Assembly: GCA_049578085.1 (NCBI GenBank)
Contig: JBAULH010000068.1
Location: forward strand, 1-54,102
Length of the DNA stretch: 54,102 nucleotides
Origin: Candidatus Deferrimicrobiaceae bacterium
GTDB lineage: Bacteria > Desulfobacterota > Deferrimicrobia > Deferrimicrobiales > Deferrimicrobiaceae
Direction of reading: 5' to 3'
Under the pieces are notes generated by a model, which was not told the DNA's origin, made no database searches, and saw only the letters and a list, made by a program, of their open reading frames with translations. This document shows, piece by piece, positions 36,468 to 45,067 of this stretch. The translations under genes were made by a program, and so were the position numbers. How positions within the stretch are numbered: the first letter of the stretch is position 1; each line of letters opens with the position of its first letter.

Positions 36468-37598
36468 ATGCGAAAACTTCCAAGGAACATTGAAAAATCA
36501 AGTTCCTGGGTAGCGCTTCTTCTTCTCTTTCTTTCCCCGCTGCTGCTCTCTTCCCACGCCTCGGCGCAGATCTATTCGTATACCGACATCCATCCCCCCG
36601 GCTGGATCGACTCCCGCGTGACGCGCATAAACGGTTCCGGCGAGGTGGTGGGTTTCGGGGCGACGTCCTCCGGAGAGCGTGGATTTCTCTGGTCCTCCGG
36701 AAAGGTTACCGAGATCCTCCCCCCGGGAGCCGACAGTGCGCGGGCTATGTGGATAAACGACAGCGGAGAAGTGGCCGGGACCTGGGTGAAAGACGGTGTC
36801 CGCCACGCATTCCTGTTGCGTGGGCAGACCTATCTCGACCCGACGGCGGGGTGGGGATACTCGGAGGCGACCTATATCGGGGAGGACGGCGCGGTCGGCG
36901 GGACCGGCGAGTTCGGGGCATTTGTTTCCCGGGACGGCGCGGTCGAGATTTTCCCCGGATTCTCCGTTCTGGTCGCCGGGAACTCCTCGGGGCAGTTCGT
37001 CGGGAACGGGGACGACACGGCGCGCCTCTATCTCCCGGATCAGGGGTACCGGGACCTGACCCCGCCGGGGACGAGTTCCGCGGCCCCGCGGGGGATCAAT
37101 GAGAACGGGCGGGTAGCGGTCAACTCCTTCCAGTCGGGTTTTGACAGGGGGTTCGTCTTTTCCGACCCCTTCTTCGTCTCCATGACCCCTCCCGGTTGGA
37201 CTTCCTCGTGCGTCACGGCGATCAACAACCTGGAGGTGGTGGCCGGACACGGCGATTCCCCGGAAGGGAGGCGGAGCTTCCTGCGGTCGGGGGGGATGTA
37301 CGAGATGCTGTCCGTCCCCGGCTGGACGGCAACGGAAGCGGCGGCGCTCAACGATTCCGGGCAGGTAGCCGGCGCCGGTACGACCGCGTCCGGCGAGACC
37401 CACGCCTTTGTCGCCTCCCCGCTGGGGCCTGCCGCAGCGTCCTCCCCGGTGCCGGGTACATCGGGGGGGTGCGCCATGGCGCCGCAGGACGCGGAAAGCC
37501 AAACGGCGGGTTCCGCAGCGGCATCCCTGATGGCGCTTGTTTTCCCCCTCCTCCTGCTGCGGGGGCGAGTCCGGAGTCGACGGGCTACTCCCCGATGA
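36468..37598 (+). CDS. Secreted HAF-repeat protein with a C-terminal TM plus Arg-rich sorting-signal-like tail
   Basis: Signal peptide ([22 protein letters not shown]). Repeated about 40-aa units INxSGEVxG...HAF (RHAFLL, THAFVA). Tail: [40 protein letters not shown]. Confidence 0.7.
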   Translation: MRKLPRNIEKSSSWVALLLLFLSPLLLSSHASAQIYSYTDIHPPGWIDSRVTRINGSGEVVGFGATSSGERGFLWSSGKVTEILPPGADSARAMWINDSGEVAGTWVKDGVRHAFLLRGQTYLDPTAGWGYSEATYIGEDGAVGGTGEFGAFVSRDGAVEIFPGFSVLVAGNSSGQFVGNGDDTARLYLPDQGYRDLTPPGTSSAAPRGINENGRVAVNSFQSGFDRGFVFSDPFFVSMTPPGWTSSCVTAINNLEVVAGHGDSPEGRRSFLRSGGMYEMLSVPGWTATEAAALNDSGQVAGAGTTASGETHAFVASPLGPAAASSPVPGTSGGCAMAPQDAESQTAGSAAASLMALVFPLLLLRGRVRSRRATPR

Positions 37599-38004
37599 TC
37601 TTGACGAGGACCCGTTTCCTCCGGCGGCCGTCGAACTCCCCGTAGAAGATCTGCTCCCAGGGACCGAAGTCGAATTTTCCCCCGGTCACGGCGACCACCA
37701 CCTCGCGTCCCATCACCTGGCGCTTGAGGTGCGCGTCCCCGTTGTCCTCCCCCGTCCGGTTGTGCAGGTAGCGCGAGATCGGCTCGTGGGGAGCCAATTC
37801 CTCGAGCCAGCGCGCGTAATCCTGATGCAGCCCCCCTTCGTCGTCGTTGATGAAGACCGAGGCGGTGATGTGCATCGCGTTCACCAGGCACAATCCTTCC
37901 CGGATCCCGCTTTCCTTGAGACACCCGGCGACGTCCCGGGTGATGTTGACGAACCCCATCCGTTGGGGGATGTCGAACCACAGCTCCTTGCGGTAGCTCT
38001 TCAT
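37585..38004 (-). CDS. YjbQ/UPF0047-family protein (secondary thiamine-phosphate synthase enzyme family)
   Basis: The start [10 protein letters not shown] is at 38004, with GGGAGG 6 nt upstream, within track ORF 37585..38736. Motifs: [42 protein letters not shown]. Confidence 0.85.
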   Translation of the reverse strand: MKSYRKELWFDIPQRMGFVNITRDVAGCLKESGIREGLCLVNAMHITASVFINDDEGGLHQDYARWLEELAPHEPISRYLHNRTGEDNGDAHLKRQVMGREVVVAVTGGKFDFGPWEQIFYGEFDGRRRKRVLVKIIGE

Positions 38005-38018
38005 GGAAACCTCCCTTG

Positions 38019-39272
38019 TCATCCCGCCAGGGCGCGGAAGAACCGGGATTGCACCTGCCGGGAGAGCAGCGCCTTCTTCACCGGAGGGAGGGCGGTCACG
38101 ATCCGCGTTATCGCTCGCAGAACGGCGTGGTCGAGCCGGTCGAAGTCGTCGAAGAGCAGGTTCTGGAACTTCCCCTGCTCGATCGCCATGATCACCGTCC
38201 GCTGCCAGACGTTCTCCGGGACCAGGATCTGTTCCTTCCGAGGCTCCATCCGCATGGCCCCCTGGACGCAAACTGGGCGGCACACTCCGCAGCCCAGGCA
38301 AATGTCGCGCCGGACATCGGCCTTTGCATCGGGCTTCTCCCCCCGGACCTCGACCGCGTGGATCGGGCATTTCTTCGCGCAGAGGCCGCACCCGTTGCAG
38401 GTTCCCGGGTCGGCCGCCGCAAGGAAGGGGGAGGTGACCACCGCGTCGAAGAGCTGGAACCGGTTGATCGCGGAGAGCATCCCGCAGCAGCACCCGCAGC
38501 AGTGACAGACGTATGCCGGCCGCTTCTTCACGTTGTCGGAGATGTGGACCAGCCCCGCCTCGCGGGTCCGGGCGAAGAGATCTTTCGCCTCCTCCCGGTC
38601 GATCTTCCGGGCGAGTCCCCTCCGGACCAGGAAGTCGGCCGCCGCGTTGAAGGTGGTGCACACCTCCATCGGCTTGTCGCAGCTGCGTCCCTCGTGCTCC
38701 GCGGCATGCCGGCAGAAGCAGAGGGAGACGGCGCACATCTTCGCCTTTTCGATCAGGTGCGAGGCCCGATCGTGATCGAGAACACGCGGAAGATCCTGCG
38801 GGTCGACCGTGTCCTCATGAACGAGCGTCCTTCCCGGCATGACCTTCCCGGCGAAGATCGACCGGACGAACTCCGGCTCGTCGTGGACATACTGCATCAT
38901 GTAGCGGGCCAGTTCCTTCTGCGGGATGTCGTCGCGTACCCGCATGAAGGCGAATTCGAAGAAGCCGAGCAGGGTGGGGGAGAGAAGGTATCCCACCTTG
39001 CCCCTATGTTCGAAGTCCATCACCAGCCCTTTTTCCGCCATCCGGTCGAGAACGGGACGAAGTTTCTCCGGGCTTCTCCCCGTGCGCTTGGCGATCCCCC
39101 GGATGTCCGTGAACCGGATCGGCAATCGGCAGGCGATCTCCGCCTCCTCTTCCGAGTAGAGCCGCCGGAGGATTTCATAGAGGGCCGGCGCGGGCGGCGC
39201 GCCGATGGGGTACCGGTCAAGCCGCTTCTGGAGCCTTCCGTATATCCCCTGTCCACTTCCGAGGTGTCCCAT
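38019..39272 (-). CDS. 4Fe-4S dicluster protein with an N-terminal winged-helix-like domain and a Cys-rich HCCGCCC motif
   Basis: N-terminus: [29 protein letters not shown]. Cys clusters: CFCRH...[33 protein letters not shown]. Confidence 0.75.
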   Translation of the reverse strand: MGHLGSGQGIYGRLQKRLDRYPIGAPPAPALYEILRRLYSEEEAEIACRLPIRFTDIRGIAKRTGRSPEKLRPVLDRMAEKGLVMDFEHRGKVGYLLSPTLLGFFEFAFMRVRDDIPQKELARYMMQYVHDEPEFVRSIFAGKVMPGRTLVHEDTVDPQDLPRVLDHDRASHLIEKAKMCAVSLCFCRHAAEHEGRSCDKPMEVCTTFNAAADFLVRRGLARKIDREEAKDLFARTREAGLVHISDNVKKRPAYVCHCCGCCCGMLSAINRFQLFDAVVTSPFLAAADPGTCNGCGLCAKKCPIHAVEVRGEKPDAKADVRRDICLGCGVCRPVCVQGAMRMEPRKEQILVPENVWQRTVIMAIEQGKFQNLLFDDFDRLDHAVLRAITRIVTALPPVKKALLSRQVQSRFFRALAG

Positions 39273-39319
39273 CGGTTTTCTTCCTCGCCGTCTGCTCCTG
39301 CGGAGCGGTTCCCGCCGCT

Positions 39320-40174
39320 CTACGTCAGGCTCGTTCCCATGTCCTGCCCGAAAACGACGGTGCGGTTTTTTCCGGCTTCCTTTGCCCGGGACAGGGCGGT
39401 GTCCGCACGCTCAACCAGCTGGCGGGCACTCCGGCATTCCTGCGATGCGGCTGCGATTCCGACGCTGATGGTGCAATGCAGGGATGCCGCGGGCGGTACC
39501 GACGAATCGGCCGGGAAGGGGTGGATTTCGACTGTTTTCCGGAGTCGCTCGGCAAGGATTCTTGCCCCCGCCAGTCCGGTGTGAGGAAGAAGGATCATCA
39601 CCACCTCCCCTCCGTACCGTGCCGCTACGTCGACGCTCCGGATGTTGTTCTTGAGGAGAGCCCCGATCTGCTTGAGCACGAGGTCTCCTATCGGGTAGCC
39701 GTAGGTATCGTTTATCTCCTTGAACCGGTCGATATCGATAAGAAGAAGGGAAAAGGGATATCCATATCGGCTTGCCCGGGAAAACTCATCCCCCACCCGC
39801 CGGTCCAGGTAGCGGCGGTTGAAGATCTCCATCAGGGGGTCGGTGATGTTCTCGGTTTCCCGCGTGACGATCCGCTGGATGTCCTGAACCGTCCCGTGGG
39901 CCAGAATGCAGACGAGCAGGACGAAGCAGGCGCCGGAGAAGAAGATCGAGGAGACGAGAATGCGGGAGGTACCGTGATCGAAGGTGAAGAGAAAGAGGTA
40001 GGCGAGGTATCCGGCGACGAAAAAGAGGATGAATCCGCGCAGGACTTTCCATTGGAGGTTCATCGGACCGGGCGGGAGCTCCCGGATGATACGGGAGGTG
40101 GGATAGAGGGAATATCCGAGGATACTCGCGCCGAGGAGGAGCATGGCGTAGGAAAACATCAGGGCATAGCCCAA
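39320..40174 (-). CDS. Membrane-anchored GGDEF-domain protein with a degenerate active site (GGEVV) and a retained I-site
   Basis: The TTG start is preceded by GGGAGGGA. Four or five TM segments. DPLMEIFNRRY, IDIDRFKEINDTYG, and RSVD-x5-GGEVV instead of GG(D/E)EF; I checked this against the nucleotides (gag gtg gtg). Confidence 0.8.
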   Translation of the reverse strand: MGYALMFSYAMLLLGASILGYSLYPTSRIIRELPPGPMNLQWKVLRGFILFFVAGYLAYLFLFTFDHGTSRILVSSIFFSGACFVLLVCILAHGTVQDIQRIVTRETENITDPLMEIFNRRYLDRRVGDEFSRASRYGYPFSLLLIDIDRFKEINDTYGYPIGDLVLKQIGALLKNNIRSVDVAARYGGEVVMILLPHTGLAGARILAERLRKTVEIHPFPADSSVPPAASLHCTISVGIAAASQECRSARQLVERADTALSRAKEAGKNRTVVFGQDMGTSLT

Positions 40175-40230
40175 CGGCGGTCCCTCCCGCTATTTGGTAT
40201 TCCTTCCGGCTCCCTGGTATTGCCGCCCGC

Positions 40231-41646
40231 TTATCCGCCCCCGGTGGGGAGTTCCCTCGCAACCCGTTCTGCGGTCAACCGGGATTGTAGCACACAGTCG
40301 TTCAGGGCGATCCCCCGATACGCGTTGCTGTTCAGGTAGATGCCCGGGATGGCGGCGAGGTGCTCCTCGATCCGCCCGAGCACCTTCCCGTGTCCGACGA
40401 GGTACTGGGGGATCCCCTTCTCGTGGAAAAAGGAGCGGGAAAGGATTGGGTCGGCTGTCACTCCCATCGTCGCCGTGAGTTCCGAGCGGACGAGCCCGAA
40501 AAGCTCTTCGGGAGGCAGGGCCGCAAGCGCAGGTGCCCGCACGCCCCCCACCATCGCCCGGATCAGGGCCTTCCCCTCCGGGGCCCGGTTCGGAAAGACG
40601 CTCGAATCCCACAGGGCGCCCAGGATCTTCCGCTTTTCCCCGCGGGGGATGAGGAAGCCGAACCCGTCGAGCGGGTTGCCCAGGGTCGCCTTCTCGTACC
40701 CGAGCGCCACCACCGATATCGGCGAGTAGGGGATGGCGGAAAGAGCCGCCCGAAGGGAGGGGTCCAGGCTCCCTAGCATCTCCGCGGCCGCGTAGGCGGG
40801 CACCGCCAGCACGACCACGTCCGCGTCGATCTCCCCGCGAAGACTCCTTTCCTCGAGCGAGAGGAGGATCTTCCCGTCCCGGCGGCTTATCCGGTCGACC
40901 TTCACGCCCAGATGAAGGCCGTCGGAAAGCCGGTCGGCCAGGATGTCGGTGAGTTCCTGGACGCCGTGGTTAAACGACATCAGGACTCCACCCGGCCCCG
41001 CCGACATCTCCCGTTTCTCCCCTGCGCTCCTGCGCTCCCGCTGGAGTGCGATCATCCCCTTTACGAGGCCTCCGTACTTTCGCTCGAGATCCTGGATCAG
41101 GGGGAAGCAGCTGGCGAGCGACATCCGGTCCGGGTCGCCGGCAAAGATCCCCGTGACCATGGGATCGATCAGTTTTTCCAGCGCCTCGGACCCGAGGCGG
41201 CGGCGCGCGAAGTCCCCGAGCGATTCGTCGATTCCCGCGGGGGGGCCCGGTGCGAACAGTTCTCCGATGATGCGGAGCCTTCCCGGAAGCGAGAGCAGCC
41301 GGGACCGGAAAAATGCCGGGGGAGTCTCCGGAAGACGGTGGAGCGTCCCACCCGAAAAGATGAAACGCTTTCTGGCAAGGTCCGACGACCGGGCGAGCCG
41401 GTCCTCGATCCCCAGTTCCTTCACCAGGTCGAGCGAGTAGGGCTTGTTCGTCAGGAATCCGTTCGGCCCCCATTCCATCCGGAAGCCGTCCTGCGGGATG
41501 GAGCGCATTTTCCCCCCGGGTACCGATTCCGCCTCGAAGAGGATGATCTCGACCGACTCCCCGGCCGCTTGGAATTCCCGGACGAGGTAGTGGGCCGTGC
41601 ACAGCCCCGATATTCCCGCTCCGACGATGGCGATACGCCGCATCAA
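40231..41646 (-). CDS. hemY: HemY-type FAD-dependent protoporphyrinogen/coproporphyrinogen III oxidase
   Basis: N-terminal dinucleotide fold RIAIVGAGISGL, 471 aa, last gene of a hemE-hemH-hemY string. Confidence 0.85.
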   Translation of the reverse strand: MMRRIAIVGAGISGLCTAHYLVREFQAAGESVEIILFEAESVPGGKMRSIPQDGFRMEWGPNGFLTNKPYSLDLVKELGIEDRLARSSDLARKRFIFSGGTLHRLPETPPAFFRSRLLSLPGRLRIIGELFAPGPPAGIDESLGDFARRRLGSEALEKLIDPMVTGIFAGDPDRMSLASCFPLIQDLERKYGGLVKGMIALQRERRSAGEKREMSAGPGGVLMSFNHGVQELTDILADRLSDGLHLGVKVDRISRRDGKILLSLEERSLRGEIDADVVVLAVPAYAAAEMLGSLDPSLRAALSAIPYSPISVVALGYEKATLGNPLDGFGFLIPRGEKRKILGALWDSSVFPNRAPEGKALIRAMVGGVRAPALAALPPEELFGLVRSELTATMGVTADPILSRSFFHEKGIPQYLVGHGKVLGRIEEHLAAIPGIYLNSNAYRGIALNDCVLQSRLTAERVARELPTGGG

Positions 41647-41659
41647 GCCTTTCCTTCCA

Positions 41660-41705
41660 GGGGGACACTCATTAAATTACGTTTCATGTTGAATGAGTGT
41701 CCCCC
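41660..41705. repeat. REP-like hairpin (14-bp stem gggggacactcatt / aatgagtgtccccc, 18-nt AT-rich loop)
   Basis: Perfect inverted repeat between hemH and hemY. The right arm encodes the last hemH codons. A further gtgtccccc half-site lies at about 41712-41720. Confidence 0.75.
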
Positions 41706-42691
41706 CTGGTGGTGTCCCCCGCCACCTGCGCAAGCACGATTTCCTTGAGCGCCCCGATGAACGCGGGCGAGTCGTTGAACGCCGGAACCCGCCGGAACGT
41801 GACGATCCCGGCTTCCCTCGCCGTTTCCCTGAGCCGGATATCCAGTTCGTGCAGCGTTTCGATATGGTCCGAGACGAAGCTCACCGGTACGACGACGAGC
41901 CGTTTGACCCCTTCCCATCCGAGTCTGGCAACCTCTTCCACGGTATCCGGTTTCAGCCATACCGTTCTTCCCAATCGGCTCTGGTAGGAGATCGAGTGGG
42001 AGATCGCCGGGAACCGCTCCCTCACCGCCGCGACCGTTTTTTCCACTTCGACCTGGTACGGGTCCCCTCCGTCGATGAACGACTTGGGCACCCCGTGCGC
42101 GCTGAAGAGAAGGTGGGTCTCCTCGGTGCCCGGCGTCCCTTCAAGCGTTTCCTCGATCTTCGCGCAAAGGGCCGCGATGTACCCGGGGTGGTCGGGCCAG
42201 GACCTTATCTCGGTCAGCGGGAAGTCGGCCCCGGCCCATCGCATCCACCTGCGGAGGTCGGAAAGGCTCGATCCGGTCGTTGCCGCGCAATATTGCGGGT
42301 AGAGGGGAAGGGCGATCGCACGGGCGACGCCGTCTTCCTTCATCTCGAGCACCGCGTGCTTGGCGAGGGGGTGCCAGTACCGCATTCCCACGTAGACGCG
42401 GAAATTCCCTCCGGTTTCCCCAAGCGTTTCCTCGAGCGCCGCGCGTTGCCTGTCCGTCAATTCCGCGATCGGGGAGCCTCCGCCGATCTCCTTGTAATAT
42501 TTCCGGACGTGTCGGGCGCGCAGCCCCGAAACGATCCAGGCGAACAGCGGCTGTGTGACGGGTGCGAGGGGAAGGCGGATCAGCTCCCGGTCCGAAAAGA
42601 GCCGGGCCAGGAAGGGACGGATGGCGGAGAGCGAGTCCGGTCCCCCCATGTTCAGCAGGACCACCCCCGTGAGCGGGGAGGATTCGGACAT
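41684..42691 (-). CDS. hemH: Ferrochelatase (proto- or coproporphyrin type undetermined)
   Basis: The start MSESSPLTGVVLLNMGGP is at 42691 within track ORF 41684..42856. Motifs: YKEIGGGSP, LPLYPQY, FSAHGVP, SDHIETL. Confidence 0.9.
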   Translation of the reverse strand: MSESSPLTGVVLLNMGGPDSLSAIRPFLARLFSDRELIRLPLAPVTQPLFAWIVSGLRARHVRKYYKEIGGGSPIAELTDRQRAALEETLGETGGNFRVYVGMRYWHPLAKHAVLEMKEDGVARAIALPLYPQYCAATTGSSLSDLRRWMRWAGADFPLTEIRSWPDHPGYIAALCAKIEETLEGTPGTEETHLLFSAHGVPKSFIDGGDPYQVEVEKTVAAVRERFPAISHSISYQSRLGRTVWLKPDTVEEVARLGWEGVKRLVVVPVSFVSDHIETLHELDIRLRETAREAGIVTFRRVPAFNDSPAFIGALKEIVLAQVAGDTTRGDTHST

Positions 42692-42714
42692 GGACGGTCC
42701 CCCCCTCGGGGAGC

Positions 42715-43749
42715 TCACCCCTTTCTTCCGAGCCGGTGCACTGCCTCCACCATGGAGACCGCGTGTTCGGGGTTTGTGGGTGGAAGGATGCCATGGCCGA
42801 GGTTGAAAATGTGGGCGGCGGCGGACTGCCCCCGGAGGAGGATGTCGCGCACGCACTGCTCGATCTGCTCCGGCGGGAGGAAGAGCATCGTCGGGTCCAT
42901 GTTCCCCTGGAGAGCCACGTTCCCCCCCACGGCAGCCGCGGCCTGGTCGAGCGGGATCCGCCAGTCGACCGCGATGACGTCGACGGGAAGGGTCCGGATG
43001 GCGGGGAGGAGCGTCGCGCAGTCATTGGCGTAGTGGATGACCGGGACTCCGTCGCGGTCAAGCGACTCCACCACCTCGCGGGTGAACGGAAGCGCATACT
43101 TCTCGTAGTCGCCGGGGGTCAGGATTCCCGCCCAGGTGTCGAATAACTGGACCGCCTGCACGCCCGCTTCGATCTGGGCGTTGAGGTACGCAACGACGGT
43201 CTTCCCGATCTTTCTCATCAACGAGCGGAATACGTTCGGAGCCTGGTACATGAGGGTCTTGAGCCGGATGAAGTTGCGGGAGGTGCCTCCCTCAACGATG
43301 TAGGAGGCAAGAGTGAACGGTGCGCCGGAAAAGCCGATGAGTGGGACCTTTCCCTCGAACGTCTTCCGGAGGATCCGGATCGCCTCCATGACGAAGGGGA
43401 CCTTGTCGGCGGGATCGGGCACGGCGAGGACGTCGACGTCGGCCTGGCCTCGGATTTCCTTCCCGAGGACCGGTCCCTTTCCGTCATGGAACTCGAGGGG
43501 GATTCCCATCGCCTCCACGGGGATGAGGATGTCCGAAAAGAGGATCGCCGCATCCACGCCGAGCCGTTCGATCGGCTGGACCGTCACCTCCGCTGCCAGC
43601 TCGGGCGTCTTGCACATCGTGAGGAATGAGTTCTTCCCCCGAATCTTCTGGTATTCCGGGAGGTACCTCCCCGCCTGGCGCATGATCCAGACAGGCGTCA
43701 CGTCGACCGGCTCGCGCCGGCACGCCTTTAAAAATCGATAATCCGCCAT
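42715..43749 (-). CDS. hemE: Uroporphyrinogen decarboxylase
   Basis: The start MADYRFLKACRREPVDVTPVWIMRQAGRYLPEY is at 43749. Also FSDIL and NLGHGI. Confidence 0.9.
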   Translation of the reverse strand: MADYRFLKACRREPVDVTPVWIMRQAGRYLPEYQKIRGKNSFLTMCKTPELAAEVTVQPIERLGVDAAILFSDILIPVEAMGIPLEFHDGKGPVLGKEIRGQADVDVLAVPDPADKVPFVMEAIRILRKTFEGKVPLIGFSGAPFTLASYIVEGGTSRNFIRLKTLMYQAPNVFRSLMRKIGKTVVAYLNAQIEAGVQAVQLFDTWAGILTPGDYEKYALPFTREVVESLDRDGVPVIHYANDCATLLPAIRTLPVDVIAVDWRIPLDQAAAAVGGNVALQGNMDPTMLFLPPEQIEQCVRDILLRGQSAAAHIFNLGHGILPPTNPEHAVSMVEAVHRLGRKG

Positions 43750-43765
43750 CGCCACCTCACAATAG

Positions 43766-43878
43766 GGGGACGTTCGTAAACTTTTTAATCCGGAGCCTTG
43801 CATTCGGCATGGGAATACCGGGCGTTTTATGCTTCAGATGAAACCCTTGCGCACAGGTGAAAGTTTACGAACGTCCCC
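43766..43878. repeat. 19-bp perfect inverted repeat separated by a 75-nt AT-richer spacer
   Basis: ggggacgttcgtaaacttt (43766-43784) pairs with aaagtttacgaacgtcccc (43860-43878). The right arm covers the stop codon and last codons of the radical SAM gene. The stem start resembles the GGGGGAC REP family. Confidence 0.75.
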
Positions 43879-45040
43879 GGTTTGACTTCCCTGCTTCGAC
43901 CGCCGTTGCCAGCCGCCGTTTCGTGCGGATGGGGACGTAGTCGCAGAACGGCTCCTCCTCGAGATAATCCTCCAGGACGGCATCGGCCCGGGCCCGGCAC
44001 CCCCCGCAGACGTTCAGGTATTCGCACTCTCCGCAACGCCCCTTGTACTTCTCGAACGCACGAAGCGACTCGAACAGCTCGGAGTGATACCAGATTTCCC
44101 GGAAATGCTGCTTCTTGACGTTCCCCGCCACCACGGGGAAGTAGGAGCATGGCTGGACGTTTCCCTTCGAATCGATGAAGGCGATCGACTGTGCGCATAT
44201 GCACCCCTTCCCCCCGCCCGTGGAGAAGGAGAGCGTCCTCGGCTGGATCTTGAGCCCTTCCTCCCTGGCCTTCTGCAGCCGGACCCGGTAGTAGTGGGGG
44301 GCGCAGGTGGGCCGCACGAGCATGTCGATCTCGTTCTTCTCCATCTGGTAGTGCCACTCGAGTATCTCCTCGTAATCCTCCTTGCTGATCAGTTCGCTCA
44401 TGATCTCCTCGCCCCGGCCCGTGGGGACGATCATGAACATGTACCATGCGTGGGCGCCGATCTTCTTGGCGAGCCGGTACGTGTCCGCGATGTCGTGCTG
44501 GTTCCGCTTGGCGAAGGAGGAATTGACGATGAATTTGATGCCGTTGCGGTTGAACGTTTCGGCCGCGCGCAGGGTGGCCTCGAAGGCCCCCGCCTGCTTT
44601 CGGAAGTCGTCGTGCACGGCTGCCGTGGACCCGTCGAGCGACAGAGAGACGATCTTGATCCCGCTCTCCTTCATCTTTGCGCAGACGTCGTCGGTCACAA
44701 GGGTTCCGTTGGTGGCGATGCACATCCGCAGGCCCTTGTCGGTCCCGTATTTCGCGATCTCGAACAGGTCCGGGCGCAGCAGCGGCTCCCCCCCCGAGAG
44801 GACGAGGACGGGGCTGCAGAAGGAGGTGATGTCGTCGATCAGCTTCCTGGCTTCCGCCGTCGTAAAGTCGGTGTCGTGGGACGTCATGGAGGAGGAGGCG
44901 CGGCAGTGGATGCAGTTCAGGTTGCAGCGCCCGGTGACCTCCCAGGCGAGCCATTTCGGGATGAATTCTTCCTTGGCCACGCGGTTTCCCTTCGTCTCGG
45001 CCTGCGGTGCTGCGAACAGGGTGTGAATCGAGACAACCAA
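43865..45040 (-). CDS. Radical SAM/SPASM protein of the AhbD/NirJ family (candidate anaerobic heme b synthase)
   Basis: Cluster motif [17 protein letters not shown], and SPASM-type C-terminal cysteines ([10 protein letters not shown]...QPCSY...[17 protein letters not shown]). The start is TTG 45040 or GTG 44980. It sits directly upstream of hemEHY on the same strand. Confidence 0.7.
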   Translation of the reverse strand: MVVSIHTLFAAPQAETKGNRVAKEEFIPKWLAWEVTGRCNLNCIHCRASSSMTSHDTDFTTAEARKLIDDITSFCSPVLVLSGGEPLLRPDLFEIAKYGTDKGLRMCIATNGTLVTDDVCAKMKESGIKIVSLSLDGSTAAVHDDFRKQAGAFEATLRAAETFNRNGIKFIVNSSFAKRNQHDIADTYRLAKKIGAHAWYMFMIVPTGRGEEIMSELISKEDYEEILEWHYQMEKNEIDMLVRPTCAPHYYRVRLQKAREEGLKIQPRTLSFSTGGGKGCICAQSIAFIDSKGNVQPCSYFPVVAGNVKKQHFREIWYHSELFESLRAFEKYKGRCGECEYLNVCGGCRARADAVLEDYLEEEPFCDYVPIRTKRRLATAVEAGKSNRGRS

Positions 45041-45067
45041 TCTTTTTATTATAGCCGATGAGGATCC

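Noticed and set aside
36259-37598. The AT-rich stretch plus the HAF-repeat gene as a horizontally acquired islet.
   Set aside because: There is no integrase, tRNA or direct-repeat boundary, and the coding sequence has the same GC-rich codon style as its neighbours. Only the upstream leader is AT-rich.
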